NCBI GenBank assembly: GCA_002269645.1
Contig: NIVC01002417.1
Span: 62,001 to 126,000, forward strand
DNA length: 64,000 nucleotides
From: Macrostomum lignano
Lineage: Eukaryota
Reading direction: 5' to 3'
Position 1 is the first letter of the stretch. Each line of letters opens with the position of its first letter. A model generated the notes under the pieces. The model was not told the origin of the DNA and did no database searches. It saw nothing but the letters and a program-made list of their open reading frames with translations. Below are positions 48,424 through 59,238 of the stretch, in pieces. The translations under genes and the position numbers were made by a program.

Positions 48424-51400
48424 TTGCCTATCTAACCACCCCCTCCAACACCCCAGGGCTCGCCCCGCGCCCGAGAAGAATTCGATCGGCATTTGTTCGG
48501 GCCCCGCCGCGACGCCCTGGCGGAGAGACGCCAAGCTATCAGTCGGAGTCTTCGCCGTTTCTTCGAACGCGCGGTGCCCGACTGCGCAACGGTGGAGCGC
48601 CTGGCGAATCTGGGCTGGCCAACGGCTGTTGAATCAATTCTAGCCGGCAGCTCGGCGGATCCCTACACGGCCGGCCTGCTAGTGGACACCGGCCAGCTGG
48701 CCTGGCACCAGTGCGTGGCCTACCTGAACTCGCCAGACGATGCCCGAATACCGCTAGACTACCTCGCTGACGAGATCAACGCCAGGCCGGTGTTCGAAGC
48801 TCACGCCGATCGATTGAAAGCTGAGCAAAGATCCGCTGATCAGCGAGTCAACCTGTTGAACGCGATGAAGTCTGCTCCGGCTGTTCGATGGGGCACTCCG
48901 CTAGACGAGGTGGCTAAAAACGGTCTGGTGCCCAACTGGGACGAGCTGACTGCGGAGCTGGGGCCGGCGGATGTGGCCAAGGCCTATGCGGAATTGCAGG
49001 TCTGCTTATTTGATTGTTTATCTGGAAAATGTCACTCTGATTCATAAAAATCACCCCAATGTCACTCTGATTCATAAAAATCACCCCAATGTCACTCTGA
49101 TCCATAAAAATCACCCCAATGTCACTCTGATTCATAAAAAATCCCCCAATTTCACACCGATCCAAAAAATATCACCCAATGTCACTCTGGTCCATAAAAA
49201 TCCCCCAATTTCATACCGATCCATAAAAATCACCCCAATGTCACTCTGATCCATAAAAATCCCCCAATTTCACACCGATCCATAAAAATCACCCAATGTC
49301 ACTCTGATCCATTAAAATCACCCAATGTCACTCTGATCCATAAAAATCACCCAATGTCACTCTGATTCATAAAAATCACCCAATGTCACTCTGATCCACA
49401 AAAATCACTCAATGTCACTCTGATTCATAAAAATCACCCAATGTCACTCTGATCCATAAAAATCCCCCAATGTCGCTCTGATCCACAAAAATCACTCAAT
49501 GTCACTCTGATCCATAAACATTTAGCTATTCCTGAATCGTTCCCGCCCCAGTTTCAAGCTTCCGATAGTCCTCCTAATCATTACCTGCCCCTCCCCATCA
49601 ATGTCACTCCAGGCCTCTCTCCAACGCCGCGCCCTGTCCGACCTGAACGAGGCCATGATGGAGCTGGCGGGGCATTTCTACAGGCCACACACTGGCCGAG
49701 ACTCCCTAGCTAATCAAGCTGATCAAGCTTGGCAAGCTTTGGCTAACCGCTGCGGGACTCGAACTGCGGACCTATTAGCGCAGAGAGACAGGTTAAACGA
49801 CGCTCTACTCAGGCATTTGCAGTTTGTTAGGGGCGGCGGCTCAGCTTCCCCCGTGGCTGGCTGTTTCTACGGGCCGGCTTGTGTCGATCGGCTGGTGCCC
49901 GACGCTTTAAATAATTGCGTCACAGCCAGTGGCGCTGATTCTTCTCCAGCTGGCGAAGCCGAATCGCCTCTGCTTCTGCTCGGTCCTGATCAGCTTGCTC
50001 AGCGATTTAAATTGGCCTGTCGCTCGCTATGCCAGACTCAGGATGCTTATCGATTCGAGGATGTGCTCTATCGGTTGGCGTTCAGGTCGCCTCGGTTCAG
50101 CGCCAGCAATTTGACAGCCGCCCTGTCGGCCAGGTGTCGGCACGATTATATTGGCTGCGTGCTGCTGTACGACTGCGAGACAGCTCTGGCCTGTCTGCAG
50201 GGCTTGGCTGTTAGTGCACCACTGTTGCTTGAGGCGCAACAGATGCTTACAGGTGAGCATGTTAGCTGTTAACACCCGATTGCCTCTCAGATTCTTTAAT
50301 GTTCGCCGCCAACATTTAAATACCTCAAAGATTTTTATCTCAAATATGTTAGCCGCCAGCACTTAACTACCTCTCAGATTCTTTGTTGTTAGCCGCCAAT
50401 AACTAATTTACCTCTCAGATTCTTTGACGTTAGCCGCCAATAACTAATTACCTCTCAGATTCTCTGATGTTAGCCGCCAATAACTAATTACCTCTCAGAT
50501 TCTTTGATGTTAGCCGCCAATAACTAATTTACCTCTCAGATTCTTTGACGTTAGCCGCCAATAACTAATTACCTCTAAGATTCTTTGATGTTAGCCGCCA
50601 ATAACTAATTACCTCTCAGATTCTTTGACGTTAGCCGCCAATAACTAATTACCTCTCAGATTCTTTGATGTTAGCCGCCAATAACTAACTACCTCTCAGA
50701 TTCTTTGATGTTAGCCGCCAATAACTAATTACCTCTCAGATTCTTTGATGTTAGCCGCCAATAACTAATTACCTCTCAGATTCTTTGATGTTAGCCGCCA
50801 ATAACTAATTACCTCTCAGATTCTTTGATGTTAGCCGCCAATAACTAATTACCTCTCAGATTCTTTGATGTTAGCCGCCAATAACTAATTACCTCTCAGA
50901 TTCTTTGATGTTAGCCGCCAATAACTAATTACCTCTCGGATTCTTTTATGTTAGCCGCCAACACTTAAATACAATACCTCAAAGATTATTTGATGTTAGC
51001 CGACAATAACTAATTACCTCAGATTCTTTGATGTTAGCCGCCATACCTAATTACTTCTGGGATCTTTTAATGTAGCTGCCAACACCCTTTGATGTAGCCG
51101 CCAACACTTTTTGGTCTAGCCGTTAAGTCCAACCGGCCTTATCTCTTCCCTCGCCCCCAGTGCGCACCAGTGCGGACTGCCTAAGCGCCCAGGACCACCC
51201 AGTGGAAAGCGAGTACGAATGCCTCGTTCCCTCCGCCTCGGCTTCTCCGGCCGCCTCATCAACCTCAGCATCGGCGTCGAATACGTCGAACTCGACAGAC
51301 GAATCGACTGGATCGTCCGGCTTATTGTTGTCGAATTCAAATTCTACGCCTGCTACGGCATCGACAGTGGATCATCGACCAGCTGGCGTTGCTGTCAAGT

Positions 51401-54400
51401 CTCGGGCTGCCGGTGGCGAGTTTCGAATAGTTCTAGCATTCGCGCCAGCTCAGGCTTTACTAGTAGCAGCCTCGGAGGGTGCCGCCAATGCTAGCGCCAC
51501 AATTGCCGAACTGAAATCTGCCGGCCTGCGTTTGGCCAGCCGGTTGAATGCCCGATTCTTGCTTGTTGACGAACCCGACGGCGGGGCCGTGTTCTCGTCT
51601 GCGGGCTCAGCGATGGCGGAGCTGGCTAAGCAGTCGCTTGAGCACCTGCTGCCTGCTAGCTTTTATAGGCGGACACCGGATATGCTCTATATGCATAGGT
51701 GAGGCTCTGAGTTTTGTCCTGCGTGTCTTTTGCTTGTGTGTCTGTGCTGTCCGTGTCTGTGCTGTCTGTGTCTGTCAGCTGTTTGTGTCTGTGCTGTCTG
51801 TGTCTGTGCTGTCTGTGCCTGTGCTGTCTGTGTCTGTGCTGTCTGTGTCTGTCCTGTCTGTGTCTGTGCTGTCTGTGTCTGTGCTGTCTGTGTCTGTCCT
51901 ATCTGTGTCTGTGCTGTTTGTGTCTGTGCTGTCTGTGTCTGTCAGCTGTTTGTGTCTGTCCTGTCTGTGTCTGTGCTGTCTGTGTCTGTGCTGTCTGTGT
52001 CTGTGCTGTCTGTGCCTGTGCTGTCTGTGTCTGTCCTGTCTGTGTCTGTGCTGTCTGTGTCTGTGCTGTCTGTGCCTGTGCTGTCTGTGCCTGTGCTGTC
52101 TGTGTCTGTCCTGTCTGTGTCTGTGCTGTCTGTGTCTGTGCTGTCTGTGTCTGTGCTGTCTGTGCCTGTGCTGTCTGTGTCTGTCCTGTCTGTGTCTGTG
52201 CTGTCTGTGTCTGTCAGCTGTTTGTGTCTGTCCTGTCTGTGTCTGTGCTGTCTGTGTCTGTGCTGTCTGTGCCTGTGCTGTCTGTGCCTGTGCTGTCTGT
52301 GTCTGTCCTGTCTGTGTCTGTGCTGTCTGTGTCTGTGCTGTCTGTGTCTGTCCTATCTGTGTCTGTGCTGTCTGTGTCTGTCAGCTGTTTGTGTCTGTGC
52401 TGTCTGTGTCTGTCAGCTGTTTGTGTCTGTCCTGTCTGTGTCTGTGCTGTCTGTGCCTGTGCTGTCTGTGTCTGTGCTGTCTATGTCTGTGCTGTCTGTG
52501 TCTGTGCTGTCTGTGTCTGTCAGCTGTTTGTGTCTGTCCTGTCTGTGTCTGTGCCTGTGCTGTCTGTGTCTGTGCTGTCTATGTCTGTGCTGTCTGTGTC
52601 TGTGCTGTCTGTGTCTGTGCTGTCTGTGTCTGTCAGCTGTTTGTGTCTGTCCTGTCTGTGTCTGTCAGCTGTTTGTGTCTGTCCTGTCTGTGCTGTCTGT
52701 GTCTGTGCTGTCTGTGTCTGTGCTGTCTGTGTCTGTGCTGTCTGTCTGTTCTGTCTGTGCTGTCTGTGTCTGTCCTGTCTGGTCTGTGTCTGTCCTGTCT
52801 GTCCTGTCCTGTCTGTGTCTGTCCTGTCTGTGTCTTTCCTGTTTGTGTCTGTCCTGTCTGTGTCTGTCCTGTCTGTGTCTTTCCTGTCTGTGTCTGTCCT
52901 GTCTATCTGTGTCTGTCCTGTCTGTGTCTGTCCTGTCTGTGTCTGTCCTGTCTGTCCTGTGCTGTCTGTGTCTGTCCTGTCTGTGTCTGTGCTTTCTGTG
53001 TCTGTGCTGTCTGTGTCTGTCCTGTCTGTGTCTGTCCTGTTTGTGTCTGTCCTGTCTGTCTGTGCTGTCTGTGTCTGTCCTGTCTGTGTCTGTCCTGTCT
53101 GTGTCTGTCCTGTCTGTGTCTGTCCTGTCTGTCCTGTCTGTGTCTGTCCTGTCTGTCCTGTCCTGTCTGTGTCTGTCCTGTCTGGTCTGTGTCTGTCCTG
53201 TCTGTCCTGTCCTGTCTGTGTCTGTCCTGTCTGTCCTGTCCTGTCTGTGTCTGTCCTGTCTGGTCTGTGTCTGTCCTGTCTGTCCTGTCCTGTCTGTGTC
53301 TGTCCTGTTTGTGTCTGTCCTGTCTGTGTCTGTCCTGTCTGTGTCTTTCCTGTTTGTGTCTGTCCTGTCTGTGTCTGTCCTGTCTATCTGTGTCTGTCCT
53401 GTCTGTCCTGTTTCTGTCTGTGTCCGTCCTGTCTGTGTCTGTCCTGTCCCTCTTGTTTGTTGTTTGTCTTGTCCTGTGCAATCTGTCCATTGTGTACTGA
53501 GCACCTGTTCCGTCTAAGCGCATTAGTCCGCCCTAATACTCGTCCTGCATTGACGGCTGTCATGTCTGTCAATCTGGCTACAAAATGTCAATTATAAATC
53601 TGTGTAATAATATTGTTTAACATTTTTCTCAGAGACAACTGCGAGCTCAGCCTAATCTGCGTGCTCACCTGCGGCGATAATCTGCCTAGAGACCGCCTTA
53701 GCCAATTAGTGGCCGCCCTGTCAGCCGGTCGGTCGAGCGCCTGCGCCTACCGCGGCCGCAGCCTGATAGTTGAGCTGTGCTCACACCGCCTGTTAATCCG
53801 GTTGGCATCGTTTCACACCGCCTGGCAACTGTGCGACTCGCACGCATTTCACGGCGCACTGGTTGCTTACGCCACCGATCGGGCCGCTTCTGTGGCCTGC
53901 GCCAAGACTCTGGTGGGTAATATTGCTCACCGAATGCCCGTGACCTTGGTTGCTATGCAACAGCCGGCGAAAGAGTCCGCTGTTTCAATAGAAGAAGAAG
54001 AAGACTCCCAGCAGCAGGCGTTTAGCGCCGGTATCCGAACAGTTCACTTAGACTCGGCCCTAGCAACTAACAATTCCTGGTTCGCCGAGTTTGCTAACGA
54101 ATGCCTGGCAGCTAAGGAATTAACCGAGCGCAAATTTCAAAGTCGATTTCCTTTGTTCGCCGTGGCCCATCCCAGCTCGGATAGGGATCGGGACTCGTTC
54201 GTGTCGCCGCCATCCGCCGGCACCAGTTATTACGACTGTCAAGATGATGGAGAGGATGCTGATACAGATAATTCGGTCTATTCTAGCGCCGGGTCTATAA
54301 GGGATGAAGTTACTACTGCTGCTACTACTACTGCCAGTAATAACTGCAGTAGCACCCCAATTTATTCTTGTCCAGCGCCTACTACTACTACAAGACAACA

Positions 54401-55574
54401 GGCTGCTTTGTCGTCGTTTCGACCGCCATTGGCTTCGCAGGAAATCTGCGAGGTCTACGCAGATCCTCCGGATGCTGAGCAGTTTCTGCATCATCATCAG
54501 CAGCAGCAGCCACTGACCAGCTCACCATCCGCTAGTTGCTATAGCGATGATTCCACTTACGCTTACACTTGCAACGCGTTGCCGCCGGGCATTTATCGCT
54601 TAGTGAATAGTCGATCAGACTACTGTCAGTACTACAATCAGCAGGATTCTGCTAGACAGCCGCCTCCTCCGCCGCCTCCAGCATCGATGAAGTCTTTGTT
54701 TACATTTAACCCGTCAGCTTCAATACACAGCAGTTTAGCTAAGCTAGCCAAGCTTGGCGCTAGCGGCGGCAATTGCAATAATAATAATAGTAGTAATAGT
54801 AATAATAATAACAGTAGTACCAACGGTCAGCAGCTGCACAAGACTTACTTAGCTGTGCCGGCGCCGCCTTTGACACTTGCCGATCTGCCAGTGTGCACCG
54901 ATCAGCGCCTTGTGCCGCCCCGGGACAGTCCAGTGCCTCAGCTAGTGGTCACCTGTATAGATTTTGTCGAACGCGAAGGCGGATTGAAAGTTGATGGAGT
55001 TTATCGATTGTGCGGCAACTCTGCCGAGACTTCGGCTGTGATGGACCTGTTGCTAAGGGAACCGGACTGTAAGCTGGCCGCTCTCAAGCCTAAGCCGTCT
55101 GTCTGCACAGTGACCAGCGCGTTAAAACAACTACTGATGAAGCTGGAGCCTTCGCTAATTCCCGGCCAATTGCTCAGCGGCCTACTCAAAGTCAGTAGCA
55201 CGCCTAGGCACTATCCAAACTTTCAACCGAACGTGACTTATTATTTTGTTAATAATCTCAGCCAGCCGGCTCTGACCTGTCTGAGGTACATTGTAAACCA
55301 TCTGCATCGGGTTAGTTGCTATGCGGCCGAGAATCGAATGAATTCCACTAACTTGGCAGTTTGCTGGATTCAGACCCTCATGCCGCCTAGCGATCCCAGA
55401 ATCGGACTGGCCTGTCAGGACCAGCTGCAGAGTCTCATTGAGACGCTAATCCGATATCCCAATCTGTTGAATCCTATTGCGTCATCGGCTGCTCCGACTA
55501 GCGGCAGCTCAGAATCGATGATGCAGGACAGTTCGACGCTGGTTCCGCCTCCGCTGCCGTCGCGTAGAGTTTAA
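44612..55574 (+). CDS. ARHGAP35: p190 Rho GTPase-activating protein (ARHGAP35/ARHGAP5 ortholog), 8 exons, about 1602 aa
   Basis: Exons 44612-44875, 45503-45820, 46847-47187, 47906-48128, 48457-48999, 49613-50252, 51161-51698 and 53633-55574 sum to 4809 nt in one frame. N-GTPase [41 protein letters not shown]; FF region; pG1 [10 protein letters not shown]; pG2 VLTCGD; Rho[24 protein letters not shown]. Confidence 0.95.
45005..45395. repeat. CT-rich (ctcct)n array, p190 intron 1
   Basis: Visible. Confidence 0.9.
45950..46700. repeat. 24-bp minisatellite (ggggattccccagggcaatggatt), p190 intron 2
   Basis: Visible; gives the GESPIHCP / MDWGFPRA ORFs. Confidence 0.9.
47250..47835. repeat. 23-24-bp minisatellite (gatagacagtcggatagatgggg), p190 intron 3
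   Basis: Visible. Confidence 0.9.
48135..48420. repeat. (TCTG)n microsatellite, p190 intron 4
   Basis: Visible. Confidence 0.95.
49025..49520. repeat. 29-30-bp minisatellite (aatgtcactctgatccataaaaatcaccc), p190 intron 5
   Basis: Visible. Confidence 0.9.
50260..51110. repeat. 40-bp minisatellite (gttagccgccaataactaattacctctcagattctttgat), about 20 copies, p190 intron 6
   Basis: Visible. Confidence 0.92.
51715..53450. repeat. About 12-bp TG/C-rich array (tgtctgtgtctgtgc / tgtcc), p190 intron 7
   Basis: Visible; produces the 595-650-aa Cys/Val pseudo-ORFs. Confidence 0.92.
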
Positions 55575-55694
55575 TTATCAATCATTATGATGAATTTCTA
55601 ATAACAAAATCGATGGCAATGATGCCATTCTGTGTGCGCCTCTGATATTTAAGTCATCATTCGCTACTTTTCCCTTGTATATTAATGTACTGGG

Positions 55695-57360
55695 GATTGC
55701 TAATCTAGCCTATATCGATAATTGATGGGGTGGATTGCTAATCTAGCCTATATCGATAATTGATGGAGTGGATTGCTAATCTAGCCTATATCGATAATTG
55801 ATGGGGTGGATTGCTAATCTAGCCTATATCGATAATTGATGGGGTGGATTGCTAATCTAGCCTATATCGATAATTGATAGAGTGGATTGCTAATCTAGCC
55901 TATATCGATAATTGATGGAGTGGATTGCTAATCTAGCCTATGTCGATAATTGATAGAGTGGATTGCTAATCTAGCCTATATCGATAATTGATAGAGTGGA
56001 TTGCTAATCTAGCCTATATCGATAATTGATAGAGTGGATTGCTAATCTAGCCTATATCGATAATTGATGGAGTGGATTGCTAATCTAGCCTATGTCGATA
56101 ATTGATAGAGTGGATTGCTAATCTAGCCTATATCGATAATTAGATAGAAGTGGATTGCTAATCTAGCCTATATCGATAATTGATAGAGTGGATTGCTAAT
56201 CTAGCCTATATCGATAATTGATAGAGTGGATTGCTAATCTAGCCTATATCGATAATTGATAGAGTGGATTGCTAATCTAGCCTATATCGATAATTGATGG
56301 AGTGGATTGCTAATCTAGCCTATGTCGATAATTGATAGAGTGGATTGCTAATCTAGCCTATATCGATAATTGATAGAGTGGATTGCTAATCTAGCCTATA
56401 TCGATAATTGATAGAGTGGATTGCTAATCTAGCCTATATCGATAATTGATGGAGTGGATTGCTAATCTAGCCTATATCGATAATTGATGGAGTGGATTGC
56501 TAATCTAGCCTATGTCGATAATTGATAGAGTGGATTGCTAATCTAGCCTATATCGATAATTAGATAGAAGTGGATTGCTAATCTAGCCTATATCGATAAT
56601 TGATAGAGTGGATTGCTAATCTAGCCTATATCGATAATTGATAGAGTGGATTGCTAATCTAGCCTATATCGATAATTGATAGAGTGGATTGCTAATTTAG
56701 CCTATATCGATAATTGATGGAGTGGATTGCTAATCTAGCCTACATCGATAATTAGATAAAGTGGATTGCTAATCTAGCCTACATTGATAATTAGATAAAG
56801 TGGATTGCTAATCTAGCCTATATCGATAATTGATGGAGTGGATTGCAAATCTAGCCTATATCGATAATTAGATAGAAGTGGATTGCTAATCTAGCCTATA
56901 TCGATAATTGATGGAGTGGATTGCAAATCTAGCCTATATCGATAATTAGATAGAAGTGGATTGCTAATCTAGCCTATATCGATAATTGATAGAGTGGATT
57001 GCTAATCTAGCCTATATCGATAATTAGATAGAAGTGGATTGCTAATCTAGCCTATATCGATAATTGATGGAGTGGATTGCAAATCTAGCCTATATCGATA
57101 ATTGATAGAGTGGATTGCTAATCTAGCCTATATCGATAATTGATAGAGTGGATTGCTAATCTAGCCTATATCGATAATTGATAGAGTGGATTGCTAATCT
57201 AGCCTATATCGATAATTGATGAAGTGGATTGCTAATCTAGCCTATATCGATAATTAGATAGAAGTGGATTGCTAATCTAGCCTACATCGATAATTAGATA
57301 AAGTGGATTGCAAATCTAGCCTATATCGATAATTAGATAGAAGTGGATTGCTAATCTAGC
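55695..57360. repeat. 38-bp minisatellite (gtggattgctaatctagcctatatcgataattgataga), about 44 copies
   Basis: Period 38 (55921 to 55959); very homogeneous, no spacers. Confidence 0.95.
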
Positions 57361-58107
57361 TCAGCGTATTTTTATATAACGCCTAAGCGTTGCCTCATCT
57401 ACTTTCCTTGTTATAAATTGGTTCGTTAAGATAGTGCTTTTTTGTACTATATTTACATTCTGTTAGCATCTCCACTATAGTCTATCCGTGTTTGGCCTGT
57501 TAATCTGTTTATCATTTTTGTCATTATTGTTTGCAGTTTGTTAAGGGCGGTTCGAGCTTTATCTATTAAATTTGCCAATAAATTTTATTTTATCCATTTA
57601 TAGCGCTCCTCATTTAAACTTACTGCATAAGCAGTTATAACTGCAGTTATTAGAAATTGATTTCAGCAATGATTGTCAATAATTTCAAGCACTCCGCTCA
57701 TGTTTGCCAACATTTTTTGCTGCGTGGTTTTCTCTGTTTTTTTGTCTCTCTCTCTCCTTTTTTCTAATTCCGGGGTTCTTTGTGTGCGCCATCGTTTCCC
57801 CTCGCTTGCCATTGTGCTCCTTCACCGCACCTTTATTCGGTTATTTTTGACAAGTTTATTTGGTTATTTATTATATTTTTGTTTAAATTTAGCTAGAATA
57901 AAAAATTAATTAATTAATTAAAATGTCACACATGCTTTGCTCGCCTACTCGCAGTAGGTGAATGCGGACTTTATTTCTATTTTATTTTCGGCAATATTAA
58001 GAAGCATATCAATTTATACAGTCTTTTATTATATTAAATATCGGGTTTCTTTCTCTGCTCAATGCGGTGTCCAATTTATTGATATATCAGTTTCCTATGC
58101 TTGAATA

Positions 58108-58145
<38 letters not shown>

Positions 58146-58579
58146 GTCATAATAATGCTCCTATTTTGTATAGATATACAAATCAATAGAGAGAATTCCC
58201 GTGTACACAGCGCTTCCTTGTCAATTGTGTTCTCTGCCATTAATTTTATTATTTTTTTCTTGTAGAAAACGCCATTTTTGTGTCAAGATTTTGTCAACTG
58301 CCAATAATACGAGTATTTAATGCTTTAATATTTATTTCCAATTAAAATTGTATTTTAATAGCAGTCAGTAATTGCAGCTAAATAAATGGTGGTTGGTATA
58401 CCTGGATGCGTTTTTTGCCTGGGTCTTGGCTGGGCTCTAGCCATATCCTGGTCTACAATTCCATTTTTGTGTCAGATGTTGCACAAATTTCCCAATAGAT
58501 TTGTTGCTTCTAATGTGTTTTTCGGTTTTATTTTATGTATATTGCGGGCTTTGATTTTAATGACAAGTTGGATGAGTTC

Positions 58580-58820
58580 GGGGTGTCAGAGGGCGCCACA
58601 ACTGGGTGTCAGAAGAGGGCGCCAGAACTGGGGTGTCAGAGGGCGCCACTACTGGTTGTCAGAGGGTGCCACAACTGGGGTGTCAGAGGGCGCCACAACT
58701 GGGGTGTCAGAGGGTGCCACTACTGGTTGTCAGAGGGTGCCACAACTGGTGTAAGAAGAGGGCGCCACAACTGGGTGTCAGAAGAGGGCGCCAGAACTGG
58801 GGTGTCAGAGGGCGCCACAC
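58580..58820. repeat. 23-25-bp tandem repeat (gggtgtcagagggcgccacaact)
   Basis: Visible. Confidence 0.85.
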
Positions 58821-59238
58821 AACTGTGTGAGAGTTGTGCTATGCACTAACACTCGAGGCAATGGCAATATTTGCAAGCTTATATTTACCATACAGGTACC
58901 ATTGTACAAAAAGCAGAATCTTCATGGCATACATGTATAAGCCTTGTATTGAGAGTGAGTTGGCAAATACAATATTAAAAGCATACTTTTATAGATGCAC
59001 CCAACTCTACATGTATGCCTCTACAGGATGATGTAGCCTTATGGACTCTTGGCCTTCAATAAATAGACTTACAAAGGAGTTGTTTGCTTTCAGTCCCGGT
59101 AGCTTCTTCTCGAAACAATTTCAGCAAACAGACTTGTGTTTCCTTCTCCTATATTTGAATTGAAACACGGAAATTGAAAACGGCCCAGTAGTTGTACAAC
59201 TGGTAGATACTGTAGTCTGACAGACTCTGACAGTCGGA

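Noticed and set aside
51548-53597. 595-650-aa Cys/Val-rich ORFs resembling metallothionein or keratin-associated proteins
   Set aside because: They are translations of a tgtctg repeat lying between a phase-matched donor (51699) and acceptor (53632) of p190RhoGAP, and are open in several frames only because the unit lacks stops.
55695-57360. CRISPR-like appearance (38-bp palindromic repeats)
   Set aside because: Units are contiguous with no unique spacers, there are no cas genes, and the context is eukaryotic.
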